Shown here: positions 41,333-54,802 of the stretch, piece by piece
Position numbering within the stretch: the stretch's first letter is position 1
Layout: every line of letters begins with the position of its first letter
From: Bigelowiella natans CCMP2755
Lineage: Eukaryota > Protista > Cercozoa
Assembly (NCBI GenBank): GCA_000320545.1
Contig: ADNK01001077.1
Span: forward strand, 1-64,000
Length of the DNA stretch: 64,000 nucleotides
Direction of reading: 5' to 3'
Notes under the pieces: generated by a model
The model's input: only the letters and a program-made list of their open reading frames with translations
The model's database searches: none
Told to the model about the DNA's origin: nothing
Program-made: the position numbers and the translations under genes

Positions 41333-42567
41333 TACATTTTAATACATGCTTGAATTCATGGACATACAAGCTCTCTCTCTCTCTCTCTCTCTCTCCCTCC
41401 CTCTATCTGTCTCACATACACAAACACAAATTGGCATAGAATATGTGATCAGATACATTGTGGGTTGATTACATCGTATCTGCTGAATCATGAACGTCTA
41501 CAACGACTACTGTCTCTTTTCCCTCATGCTACAACAAATTATTCATTATCGAGAGAGGAGGCAACACAAACAAGAAATAAGTATGTATTTTTACAACCGA
41601 TTATTACTATCATAATAATAACGACGCAGACTAATAAATACAACATCAAACTAACATGTCCAATGAGTAATCACTATGCTCTCCTCTTTTAACACCATCT
41701 TCATCTTCATCATGATCATCATCATACCAATATCCTCAAGTGTAATTACTACTACTACTACTATTGCCTATTAAGGCTGCTGCTGCTACCGTGATCATGG
41801 TGATGATGATGATCATCATCATCATCACCTAGGCTACTACTACCTACCTCCCACATCGTCGAAAACCTCATAGCACAAATAACCCACTGAGACTACTACT
41901 ACCTCCCACATCGTCGAAAACCTCATAGCACAAATAACCCACTGAGACCCTGCCTTGGAACTTGAATTATATCTGATCACCAACAACCAAAAACAATGTG
42001 TGTGTGTGTGTGTGTATTGTGCTATACTACTATTATCATGTACTACTACTACCGATAATAGGAAATTCTTCCTTTGGCCGCATTAGAGATCAAATTTATG
42101 TCTTTGCGCAATACCTGTGGAAAGAAGGAAAATATAGAGGAGGAGGAGGAGGAATAGAAAGAGCAATATGTGAGAAAACAAGATAATAAATAATAATCAA
42201 TAATAACAACAAAGCTAAGAGCAACAGGTAAGAAACAAAGATAAAATATAGGAATAATAACAAAACTAATAAATCGATATGACAAGGATTAGCATTAGCA
42301 TTAGTGTGGTTGTATTCTTCTTCTTCTTCTTCTTCTTCTTGGTGTCTTTGAAGAAAGCAAATTAGTAGAGGAGGGGGAGGAGGAGGAGGAGGAGGAGGAG
42401 GAGGAGGAGGAGGAGAGAAGACTTTAACTAGTAGTCCTGCTACTACAAGTACCCGTTCATTTATGTGCGCAACAAAGCTGCTACTAGGATATGCTTCCAT
42501 GGTCTAATGTTGGATAAGGATTAACATAATAACACAACAAGATGCGTGCGAGCTCCTTTCTCCGTTG

Positions 42568-42603
<36 letters not shown>

Positions 42604-43107
42604 CCACTTTTTCTTTTTGATCTTCTTCTTCTTTGACATGTGTGCAGCATTACGGTGAGCGACGGACATAAGATAGTTGATTAATTGTTGCTTACTACTG
42701 CTACTCCTACTACCGTTACTACTTTTGCAATAAATCGTCACAACAAGATAGTTGACTAATCCTCAACTACTACAAACAACTACAACAACAACAATTACCA
42801 CTACCTTTGTAATGAATTCTATACAAGAATCACGATAAAACACAAACTGATGATGATTGCCTAAATGTCATTGGCCAAAATAACAAACAAAATAATCACT
42901 ACGCAAGTATGCATCATCATCATCACAACCATCATCATCATCACTACGCAAGTATGCATCATCAGCACCACCATCATCATCATGTGGTAGGTAGCAGGAA
43001 GACAATAATAAGTTTATAGCATAACAGTTTTTGATTTATATTCAACATTACTAGATGAAGATATATTGAAGAGAGCGAAAGAGAAGACAAATTCTCTATC
43101 AAATGAG

Positions 43108-43138
<31 letters not shown>

Positions 43139-44400
43139 TGTCTTCTTCCTCAAATCCTGTTGGTGCAACTTGTGGCGGCGTGAGGCATGTTCCATTGATA
43201 GCAGCAGCTGGGCTTGATAGACGACGATCTGTTGTTTTACTTGCAACTTTCCTCCTCCTCCTCCTCCTCCTACTACTATAACTGCCACTAGCACCACCAA
43301 AATCACTAGCAGCGTTAGAATCAGGAGCAGCACTATGATGATGATGAAGAGGGACCTCCTCATCTCCTTCTTCTTCTTCTTCTTCTTCTTCTTCTTCTTT
43401 GTTATTGTCGTGGTGGATGATTGCCATAAGTTGATCGTAACTCACGTTTTCCTTAACACCGTCGGGATATGATATCTCATATACAAATGATGATGAAGAT
43501 AATGTTTTTAATGAATTATCATCATCTTTCACCCCTCCCCCTCCTCCTCCTCCTCCTCCTCCTCCTCCTCCTCCTCCTCCTCCTTTCATCGTCGTTGTTC
43601 TTGTCATCATCATGGAGGGACTGGTTGTACTCCGCATTGAAACTGATGTAACTCTGCCACCATAGAAAGTTCCATAGTTGGGATAGTAACGACAACGAAT
43701 CTCAAGGCCTTTGATGATAAGTGATGATGAGAGTGAGGAGAAAACGACAAACAATACAACTAGTAAACACACTTAGGTAGTAGTATCATCATCATCATAA
43801 ATCATCATCGCCATCTTCATCATAAGTCAATGATGAAATCACAAGAATATAAACAAATTTCGTGTGGAAGGAACCCACATATTCAAGACTCGTACAACCG
43901 TTCATATGTTGCAAGAAATCCCATACATATTCAAGACTCGTACAATCGTTCACATGTAGTAGCAAGGCTAATACTAGAGCCTCTTATCAAATTTCTCTTA
44001 TCCTTTTGATTTCATTTTAATATTAGTAATATTACCTAGAAAAGAAAGTGCTTGTTGAGAGATGGTTTGAAAATCCAAGTATAAGCTACCAGAGCAGTAT
44101 TCTACTACCTTTTTAAAGACACATGCATCATTACGTTAGAGACACATCACCATCATCATATATTTGAGGATATATACCAACTACCAATCTTGATCTCTCA
44201 TCACATGACAATGATATCAATCTATAAATGTGAGAGGGTACTACCTAACGACGAATGCAACAATCTCTCAAGATTACTCGTGTTTTTGGTTGAAGTTTGT
44301 TTATAAATAGTAGCTGCTACTGTGATTGATGATAGCAGTCTCACTAATTACTACTAGTACTGTTATTACCGATTTCTTAGTACACCAAATAGGCTTCCCC

Positions 44401-44437
<37 letters not shown>

Positions 44438-44971
44438 TGCCATCAACGTGTCTAGTCCTGTTGCTAGTACTACCACTTGCACTAATCCCCCTCCTACTTG
44501 ATCTTCGTTTTCTTGTGGATCTTCTTGTCCCAACTCCTCCTCCTCCCTCCTCCCCCCCCCCCAAATCTTCCTCCGTTTTTTCACTGCTCGAGAAACCTAT
44601 TAATGATTAGGTAGAAGAATTCATTAAAATTTTCCAATAGAAAACGACACAACATCTTCTTGTTATTTCTTATATTCCAAATAGAGAAAATAAATAAAAA
44701 GATTGGAATTCAGAAATCTCTATTCCTGTTATTGCCTTGAGCTCTGTACTTGATAATACTTCTACTATTCTCCTGTTTTCCCTCCTCAACAACAGCAGCA
44801 TTGTTATCACCGTTGTTGTTGTTGTTTATGAGCAAAACCAAACACTGGCGACAATTATTCTTCTTGCCCACAATCTATCGTTCAAAGAAGGAAGAAGAAC
44901 AACAGACAACCCAACAAGCAACAACCAAATAACTTCTTATCAATGCACATCTTATTTCATTTGAGGTACGT

Positions 44972-45027
<56 letters not shown>

Positions 45028-47168
45028 AACAACATATATGATATATAGCTCTCCTGCAACAGAGGAGAAATAGGATCACTTAAATGATTAATTTCATCTC
45101 TCTTCTCTTTGTATGTACTAGTTTTTACTACCCTCTCTCCTATGACAACTATGTCCCCCCCCCCATGAGATCCTCCTCCCTTGTTTCCTTCTCGCCGCAA
45201 ATAATAGCCTAAGCTCTTCCTGAGAGAGAACACAATTTTGCGATGTAAATAAACGCAATTACGATGATAAGTGATGGTGATGGAGGGCATTGAGAAGAGG
45301 TTTGCCTCCATTAAAATTATGTGAAACTGGGCAAATGCAGCAAAATCTAGGAGAGCTTTGAATGGCAAAAATGATAAGAAGAAGCACCTTTTGTCGACAG
45401 GATGTTGGTGCTGAATATGATCGTGATTCCTCTTCCTCTTCCCCCCCCTTTTGTGATGATGATGATGATGATGATGATGATCGCAAGGACTTAGAAGCTC
45501 TAAAGAAGGTGGTGGTGTCGGTGCAATCATATCAGGAGCAGCACTCAATTTTCTACGATGATGCTTGGAGTTTCTCTTTGTCAGAGAAGGGTACTTGAGC
45601 AGCAGCTGCTCTCCCTTCTTTACTTTCTTTTTCCTACTTTTTACCATCATTTTCTTTACTTTGGTGGTTTTCCGCTCAGTAGTAATTTGGGAGTGATCTT
45701 CCCCACCACCTAAGAAATCAATAATAAGCTGTAGAGTAGGCCCTGCCATCATCTCATATGTAGAAGAAGAGGGTGCAAGCATTAGCAGTAGCAGACAAAA
45801 CGGTATCTAAAACAGTTTTCATCATAGTTTAGAGCTTTACATAGGTGATGTATTTCAAGTGCTTTGCCAAATTCCACAACAGCTTTTTCTATCCCTACGA
45901 AGTTATTATTAGTATCAATTGAGGACGGAGAGTTCTGTGTGTCATATTAAGTATGTAACAAGTATATCTGTCTTATATCACGTGATAGTACATATGCACG
46001 CACATATATACATTTACATACATAAAACATATACAAGTTGAGTTTTCACAGGATACTGCGCGCGCGTGTGTGTGTGTGTGTGTGTGTGACACCAGCTTAG
46101 AAGAAGGACATCGCATTTACTTTCTATGTAATGTAATACGTTTTCACCAGGAGCACCTTGATGTACGAGAGAGGCATGGAAAGCAGTTTCGTGATTATGA
46201 ACCTGCCCGATCTCATCTATGAAGAACTCATGATGATGCTCCTTACCACTGTCGTCGCCGATTTCTGTAATGATGATGAATCTTCAATGTAAATTACTAT
46301 CGACGCTATCCTTTATCTTCAAGGAATATTTTCCCTGCATTATTATTCGAGGACATGGTTAAAACATCATTAAAATGGCTCAGACCAGTTTTTCCCTCCT
46401 CGGACATCTTGGGATTTTCACTATGTTTACTGCTTTCATCGTCAATACACGAAAGTAGAGTTTCCGCTGCACCCTCAAGATGTCCCTCAGAAGCTTATAT
46501 AATTAGGATAGGAAGGAGAGGAGAAAGTCATTCCATTGAAACTATAGTACTGTGAGTTTACAACCTTTGAGCGCTGTCAAGCATCTTTCCTCCGAGAATC
46601 CCATCTTCTTTAGCGTTTCGAGCTTTTGCATGAACTTTTGGATGGAGTAGTAGTAGTAGTAGTAGTAGTAGTGTATATTCAAGAATAACAATAATGACAA
46701 TAATAATAAGAATAATAAGGACGCTTACATACGAACCAACTTTTGGAGTTGTAGTGCGTATTCAAGAACAATAATACAATTTCGATTACTGCGACAAAAA
46801 GACGATTTTATAACCTTGCTGGCTTTACGTCTTCGTGCCATCCGAAGGTGCATATCTTTACACAACAAAAGCAAAAAAATAATTTACCACTTGGTTTCCC
46901 CGAGGTAGGGCAGAGATACTCAAACTTTTAAGACACGCTACACTCGCATGATGAACCCCGTCACCACCACTCGCTAAGCGGAGCAGCCAACATTACTTGG
47001 TCTTAACTTCCCCGAAGCTGTTCTGTTCGAATGCGTGCTTGATGGTGAGGTGTATTCTCCTTCTTGCTCTGTTGTCCTCCTCCAGCAGCTGCAGTTTATC
47101 TTCTCCTTCAATGATCTACTTACTTGAACCACCACCCCATCACCATCTCACCAGGAAGACGACCATCA
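38700..47168 (-). CDS. Large multi-exon gene with an N-terminal UBA domain and a Tudor-like domain; 3' extent uncertain, may be two genes
   Basis: Spliced LKKMGFSEERCLTALK|ASEGHLEGAAETLLS (46440-46620) is a UBA signature. GLEIRCRYYPNYGTFYGGRVTSV...YEISYPDGVKENV (43440-43710) is Tudor-like. ORFs 45021-45782 and 43014-43772 are exons. Confidence 0.65.
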
Positions 47169-47199
47169 TGATTCTACGATCGTAGTGATGACTGTTCGT

Positions 47200-47375
47200 C
47201 GTTGTTGTTGTCGTAGGACAACTTTCGATTATGAAGAGTCTCCGTAGAATCTCGAGAACAACAGCTCTCCACAGAATCTCGAGAACAGCTCAGTCGATGT
47301 ACAGCCTGTAGCTTTTCTCGAGATTCTCTGGAGACTCAAAATCGATCATTTGTTCTACTACGACGATCAACAACG
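47200..47375. promoter_or_regulatory. Imperfect palindrome in the short bidirectional promoter between the UBA gene and Rho
   Basis: gagtctccgtagaatctcgagaa (47236-47258) pairs with ttctcgagattctctggagactc (47315-47337), with a looser extension to 47200 and 47375. An extra direct copy of agaatctcgagaa lies inside. Confidence 0.6.
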
Positions 47376-47433
47376 GTTGGTGAAGAGGGTGGAGAAGAAA
47401 GAGTCGCACTACTACTACTACTATCAGGATACG

Positions 47434-48181
47434 ATGTCGGCGCCTCGTAATAAATTCAAGCTCCTCAATGTAGTGCGCCTCATCAGCGAGTCTTCATTGT
47501 TATCATTATTATCATTACTATTGTTATTATTATCATTATTAGTGCACGGTTGTCGGAAACATTTCGGTCGGAAAGAGCTCCCTCTGCATCTCCTACACTA
47601 TGAATGGAATTAGAAACTATCCGAGCAGGGGCAAATTTAGTTAAATCATACCAACAGTGAAAGCATCAAATGTTGACAGCCTCCTGAACGTAATTTTTGT
47701 ATTGGCCTCAGACCTTTACTCCTTTAACATACTCTGTGATGGTAAAGCCACACAACTCAACATAACTGACACACCGGGGCATGAAGACTACGACCGATTG
47801 CGCCAATTGAAGTACAAGGACACCGACGTCTTCATTATTGCTTTTTCCATCGACTCTCCGTCAACTCTGATGAATGTAGCGGCAAAGTGGGAACCAGAAA
47901 TTCGTCGCCATCGTCCGGGAGTTCCTATCATCCTGGTAGGCTTGAAGTCCGACCTCCGCAAAAGCCAAGTACACAAAAAGGACTATGAGGATGGGCGGCC
48001 GTCAATTGTCTCTTGCGAGCAGGGTGAGGAGATGGCCAAGAATATCGGCGCCACAAAGTACATGGAGTGTTCTGCGCTTACTCGAGATGGGTTGGAGGAC
48101 GTGTTTGAAACCGCCTGTTGCACGGCGATGAGGCCCCGAGAAAAACCCTCGGGGAAGAATCCAAAATGCGTACTCCTGTGA
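47434..48181 (+). CDS. Rho-family small GTPase, atypical, 3 exons
   Basis: Exon 1 MSAPRNKFKLLN(V); exon 2 from 47543 CTVVGNISVGKSSLCISYT; exon 3 DTPGHEDYDRLR, GLKSDLR, a Rho insert, YMECSAL and CaaX CVLL*. Confidence 0.93.
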
Positions 48182-48189
48182 GTTGACCT

Positions 48190-48337
48190 TGCATGAATGA
48201 ATTTGATGCGAGATGAAACGCTCGAACTCTCAAAATTCTCTTCATCTTGTTGTCGGCCTACAGGCAACATCAGCAGCAAATGGATTGCCGATGGCAATTC
48301 TTGTCTTCTAGCTACGTGTGTGCGCGCGCGCGCACGC

Positions 48338-48379
<42 letters not shown>

Positions 48380-48830
48380 ACGTGCGGCTTGTATTTCTCC
48401 ACCGGAACTTTGTGGTGGAGGTGTGCTGTGACCTATTCTGCATTTCCATGTTTTGCAATGCCATTAGCCATGATGGCTGGTGCCACTTGGGTGCCATGCT
48501 CGTAAAAGATATGAATTGCACCATTTACTGATGGCTTGCCAAGCCAGCACGCTTGTGGCGCAGCTTCCTGACATGCGGTTCACGTGCACATGAAAACGTT
48601 AAGCTTGGATCGGGCGATGCTGCGCGATTTTCAAGATGCGATATCACATTTGAGAAGCTTTGCAGGCCATGATCACATGCTGCCACACTCTTAAAAAGCA
48701 CAGTGATGATCAAATGTACGACACCAAACGGTTGATGATGCACCATTATTGCAAACATTGGGACATGGAATGGTTACGTTTGTCACCATTCCACACTTGT
48801 GAACAATGCGAATATAAATGTTTAGAATGC
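48190..48830. other. TpA-depleted zone 5 (moderate), containing a Tyr-less minus-strand coding remnant (48525-48760)
   Basis: Few TA, excess TG/CA; remnant reads PMFAIMVHHQPFGVVHLIITVLFKSVAACDHGL. Confidence 0.7.
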
Positions 48831-48838
48831 GTTGAAAT

Positions 48839-50773
48839 TCAGTGCTCTGAGCGCATTGAAACAAGTGTAGTCTGTCTTTGTTTGAGCTTATTCTCGCTAG
48901 TGATGCTGTTCTGTGAGTCTGTAGAGTTCCAGCAACAGCATAGGCGTCCACTCCACGGTCCCCCAGCATACCAAACAAAAAAAATAACAAATATGGCATA
49001 GAATAATTCAGCAATGCCATATGATGGTCTTCCAATGAAATTTCTGGATTCCTGAGGGTATCGTTTTTGGTAGAATTCAGAGTATTTGCTGTTTCGGGTT
49101 GCAGATTCAAATGTAGAGATACTTTGAATTGTAATAGCCAACAGAGCTAAAACAGAGATGGTAGTGGCTGCAATCTTTATTTTCAACCTCAAAGATTGAA
49201 ATCTTTTAATCTCTTGCTGTCTTCGATGCACCACAGCAGCAACGCTAGTTTTGCGATTTCTTATGCAGCTGCTTTGGCTTACTACACTGCCTATTTTGTG
49301 ACGGGCTTGACTAACACTGGCTTCTGATCTCGCATACTGATTTCTAACACTAATAACTCTATTTTCCTTTTCACTACAATCATTATTTTGTGCAGGACCT
49401 CCCCTCTGGTTATTATATCTATACTATAACACATTTTTTTCTTCCTTATCTTTTCTAGGCTTACACACTGATTCAGGAGTTTCAGATACTTGTCTATGAA
49501 TTGAGTTGTTCCCACAGCTAATCTCTGATTTGTCATCAGTATAGTTGCCAACAGATTTTGCTTGGGGCGTTCCAGGTAAATGAGCTATTTCTGATGAGTT
49601 AGTTTTCAAACTCCTAAAGCTCATTCTGTTTGATTCTATTCCTTTGGTGATTGATATTTCGTGGTCTGATTGTCCCTAAGTATATAGGAATTAGTTGTAT
49701 GCTTTAAATGAAATCAGACACTATCGGACCAAAAATAACCTCAATAACTCTGGAGGATCGTCTTATCACAGAAGGAGATTGAATTTGTCTTTGAGATATA
49801 TCAGGCAGCTGTGAATTACTTCGTCGAGGACTATCAGCTTTTTAATCATCAGAAGAAAGGTTTACATCTTTTCGATGATGCAGCTGGCTGTTGCATTCGC
49901 TATTATTTGCAGCTGCAATAGCACAAGTTGCAGCGTAGCTCTTAACTGTGCTAAGGTGAAGATCGATCATTTGAAGTAGGGATAGCAAACTTGTAACCAC
50001 ATAGGGGGTAATAACAATGGCTACAATAACATCCGATGCGGCGGATATTGCTTGAAATCTTGTGTTTTCTGTGATTAGAGCACCTGGAGGACAATGAATA
50101 ATATCTGATCATTAACAGCTAGTTAGGGGTGAAAAACTGAGTTAGCAGCAGTTTCATCAGGTTCGCCCCTTGGTTAAGTTACTCAAACCAAAGTTTCAAC
50201 CTCACCTGTGAGAGAAGCCAGGGAGGACAAACAAATGAATGCAAATGCGCAATTAAAAGTTAGCCTCATATTCGAAGGAGTTTCTATTTTGAGCTTGGTG
50301 GCACAATACTTTGCTGCTAACAGGGATTTTAGAAATGATAACGATGTCCCGACAGCTGTTGTCTGTAAATGTATTTCCAGGATAAAGTAACATTAACGGT
50401 GAACGATGACGACACATAAATGCGATGTTATTTGTATTTGGATTGAGGTAAAAAGTACAATTATGCATTCGAAACTATGCTATTGTACATACTCTATTAC
50501 TTCAGTAAAGTATATACCAGTTACCGAGGCGATAATAGAAATTGTCACCAAAACTCTCCAATTTCCTTGGATTGGCCCTCGAGGCAATAGCAAATTCCAA
50601 ATAACAAATATCCCACAGAGAGATGCACTTGACCATAGAATGAGGATATTAACCTCCCCGATTTCCTTCGTCGATTTTGCAATTCGAATTCGAGTAAATA
50701 TGAATATGAGGAAAAGAAAAGATGTTCCAGCAAACACAAGATCGGCCAGAAAAGGGTCCATTTCTCCCTGCAT
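48839..50773 (-). CDS. Multi-exon 7TM/GPCR-like membrane protein with a long cytoplasmic loop; apparent in-frame TAA near 49842 (possible pseudogene)
   Basis: Hydrophobic helices in ORFs 50480-50773 and 48839-49234 (KIKIAATTISVLALLAITIQ; LFYAIFVIFFVWYAGGPW) and a Ser-rich loop. The loop exon reads ...LSSDD*KADSPRR. Confidence 0.65.
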
Positions 50774-51219
50774 ATTTACATAGCTGTAAGTCCGACATAC
50801 TCATTGACTACATAACACATAACATCTAGCCGTTGTAACCACTTTAGCTGTTAACTGCGGCCATTCATAAAGACAACATGAGGTGGAGTGGTGTTACCTG
50901 GTCAGGCAGTGATGCTTTCGAAGGAAATTCTTGGATCCTAGCTTCTAGTTCTTTGTGTTGCCCTTAATGTAATAATACATGGCATTTAATATCTGCGACA
51001 ACACCTCATTTGCCCATCCCTTCAAACCCATGATGTAATAATACATAGTAGTAATCATCTGCGACAACGTCTCATTTTCCCGTCGTCTTTTACAAAACCA
51101 CGGCGTTTGTTGACTTTTTACGCAGACAGACAGACATAAATCTTGGGCATCTATTTACATGTACAGTTGCATTGTTCCACTTAGTGCTACTGATGAGGAT
51201 GTGAGTTCATTCTCAAACA

Positions 51220-51264
51220 AGGCATCTCTAAATCTTGGCACTAGGTTTGATCAATCTAGTGTCC

Positions 51265-51304
<40 letters not shown>

Positions 51305-51411
51305 GCTATGTCCAATTGTCCAATACAATTATCGAGGAAATGAGCTCACCCTCCAATGAGGCATCTCTAAATCTTGGCACTAGGTTTGATCAATCTAGTT
51401 TCCTACATGTG
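51220..51411. repeat. Direct repeat (~50 bp, aggcatctctaaatcttggcactaggtttgatcaatctagt..cctacatgtg) between the divergent 7TM genes
   Basis: Two near-identical copies at ~51220 and ~51359. Confidence 0.9.
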
Positions 51412-51522
51412 CGTCATGTTGAACTTTGACTTTCAGAGATTGGTGACTTCTTGTTGCAGGTTGTGTTTTTGGTGATTCCGGGAAACCAAAAATCGTAGTA
51501 GTATGGTGTCAAAGTTTAACTC

Positions 51523-51905
51523 ATGATGTCCATCTCTGTCTCATGGACAATCTCTAATTCCATCAAGCTTGTCCTCATTGCAGGGGAAATGGTGTGGGCT
51601 GTATGTTACCTAAGGGAGGAACGTGTCCAAAAGGAAAAGCGATGGATGCACATTTTCCTTCTTATGTAAGATATTAACACATTTATTTGTGTAATCTCAC
51701 GCTACTCATAATTACTTCTTGAAAGTGTAATTTGCTTATACTTGGTGTGATAAACGATTCTAAAAATTCATTGAATCACGAATGTTTGGGATATCTTCAG
51801 CGGGAGCATCTTTGGTTTTGTTTTTCATTCGTGGTACATAATATTTCGATGAGTTCAGTGCATATGTACATGAACATAACTAGATAAGAGTGTATATGAA
51901 TATTT

Positions 51906-51961
<56 letters not shown>

Positions 51962-52264
51962 ATTTGAGTGCGTGTTTGCTTGCGTAAGCATATATTTATA
52001 TAAATATGAATGTTTGTGCGCATGATGAGTTTTTATTACACAATTACAATCGCAATGCACACAATTGTTCTGAGAGGATACACTGGAACTCTAATAAATT
52101 CTGTTTGGCAATAAGGTACCTTGCCCGAATTCCGTGGCAGGCTTTCATTGTGCTCCGTTCCATGACTGTTGTACCAGCTCTTATCACAGTAAAGCGTATG
52201 AATGAGTATATAAATGTGAAAATATATCATATTTAATATATACATGTATGTATGTATATGTATA

Positions 52265-52312
<48 letters not shown>

Positions 52313-53535
52313 GATTTTATTAAGAATACACTCATACAGACGTATGTTATAATTTATCGACTAAATCCGATTTCATTTCGCCAAAGAGTAATGTAATACG
52401 TATATGGGGTACTGGAGGTGTTCTATTAGTCCTAAGGGCTTTTCAAGTCATATCCAATCCGTCATTGAACATTCCATATTATTCAACTTTTTGGGTGCTC
52501 TTCGGTGCAATATTAGTAACTGATCAAACAGTTATGGTGGTGGTTCTTATCACAAATAGCTCCAGATACAATGGTTTAGGAGCAATTTTCATTGGGATTA
52601 TCGCCACATCAATAGCCATCACCGTTGCCTTAATTGTGAGCAGGTAAGAAATAAATCACTACTAATTATTTAATTAGGCTTTCAAAATTTAAGAGTAGGA
52701 TCTGTCCTTCATATCCCTTAGGCTTCTCAAAAAGGCTGTGAACTCAGATAGACAGTTCGACTCAAGCATTCCACCCTCAAGTGTCAATAGTAATAAAAAA
52801 ATCACTCCACGGGCAACTCTGAAGTCCAGTCGACAGCCAATCGATATGGAACCCATCTCCAGAAAAGAACTAAAAGAACCTGTAGAGGTTGATCTATGCA
52901 CAGGGGGAAACTAACAGAATTGACTTAAGTTCACATATATGATGCAGAACGAAGTACTCAATAAAGCACAGGCAAAAATCCCAGAAAAGTCGCAAAGGGC
53001 TAGCGAGGTAAATCATATTTTAAAATTAAAGACTAAATTCTTCATGGTGAACCATTAAAATTCTAAGCTAATGAAACTGTAGCTATTAGTCGGCGAGAAA
53101 GCCAAGCCAAGTTTAGGGGGAAATATAATATTGTTTTTTATGTTGTGAAAGGTTTGGCAACATATTGTGGTGCTAATACTTTCTGTTTTTTCACAGTGTC
53201 GCGAATTGTCTTCTCATAAACTAGCTGATAAGTCTCTCAAAGCTGTTAGCAAAAGGTCTACGAGATTGAAGGAAACTATAAAGCACCTTAAAATTATACT
53301 TGCTCTCTCTATAATTCTTGGTCCGAGCTTCACTATAGCATCTCTAATTATCGGTCTCCAGCAACTGATGAACGACGACAGAAGTTTCAGCGAAAACCTG
53401 AGAATACGTTTCGAAAATTACATTTTTAGCGCTGATCTGGGCTTTTTCGTTCTCATCCTAGCCTATGGTGTCTTGCTTCACTTTTCCAAAATCCCGGGCT
53501 TCTTCAAAAAATGTTTCTCACATCGATGTTGTTGA
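51523..53535 (+). CDS. Multi-exon 7TM/GPCR-like membrane protein, probable paralog of the neighbouring minus-strand gene
   Basis: MMSISVSWTISNSIKLVLIAGEMVW..., further TM exons (52465-52647), a Ser-rich loop and a final exon LKIILALSIILGPSFTIASLIIG...SFSENL...DLGFFVLILAYGVLLHFSKIP*. Confidence 0.7.
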
Positions 53536-53559
53536 ATTGCTGAGTTTTTGAATTGCCTT

Positions 53560-54700
53560 TGTGGAACATATGCTAGTGAATTAGACTCATCCACACATTG
53601 CTCTTGCTAAGTGTTGAAAACAGAAGATGCACGGGCCATAGCAAAGCAGAAGATCTAGCTATGCACTCTCGTGTGCTAGACCACTATGTGTGGGCACATC
53701 ATGTCTAGATTCTAGATGTCTCTGTGTGCGCTATGAACTAGATGAACTACGTGGACAGCACTGAGCACACAGCAAATTCTTGCGTGCTAGCGTGGCGCAA
53801 TGCGATGTCAGTTAGATGTGCTACTAGTGTGGCAAAGCCTAGGAGACTGTCATCATTCTAGTATTGTGCTCCAATCTAGCAGTGCTGATCACTTTCAGTG
53901 CAGCAGGCACTCTTTTCTAGTTTTGCCAGCTCATGTTGTGATGTCAATCTAGCTAGCTAGCTCTAGCAGCTAGAGCTGCACAACATCTGTGTCCACTAGT
54001 TCTAGAGGCTAGGGAGTTCTGGACACGCTTCACATTCATGCGCAGCTAGACAAGCTTTTGTGCACACATGTCTAGATGTGGAACACAACCTAGCAATGCT
54101 TGTGTTGTGCCCATGCTCTGTTACCATCAACACATCATGTTTTCACTAGCTGCATTTGCACATCATGCTAGCGCATGGACATGTCGATCTGTGTTCATCT
54201 AGCTGCTGTGCTGCTGTGCAGCTGCACATTGACATCATTACATCGCATCAAACCAACACGTGACAAGATAGATGCTGGAACGGCTGGTGTTCCGCTACCT
54301 AGCTAGTTAGCTAGCTGCCGCCGCAAATCTAGACATGCGATGCACACCTGACACATTTCTAGATCCACAGCTACACTAGCGCTAATGAAGCGGTCCGTTC
54401 GCATACCGTTGTCGCGTGTGACTAGTAACTCTAGAGCTATGTAGCTATACGCACATGATTCTGGAAAACAGGCAATGTGAAATGCAATGCACTTTGCAGC
54501 TTGAGGAGATGGTGTGTACTAACACTAAAACAATTGATGTGATGCATCGCCACATCCACTCGCAATGCAAACGCGCATCGTGGATGTGCGAACAATGATC
54601 ACGATTATTCATTGAAGGCCAAACCACCAGTAGGCCGCCACTGCTAGACTAGACTGCTTCACATCGACTCACATGGTTATCAACAAGATGATAATGAGAC
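53560..54700. other. TpA-depleted, strongly CTAG-enriched zone 6
   Basis: Dozens of CTAG and ctagctagctag runs; most other surviving TAs are CTA or TAG half-sites. Confidence 0.9.
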
Positions 54701-54802
54701 ATGGCCATAAAGTACGTTGTAAACGTATTGTGCAACGATAGTCCAATTTGAGCTGAGATCTCACAATCAAATTTCTTTGATACATTGATATATCAGTGAA
54801 TA

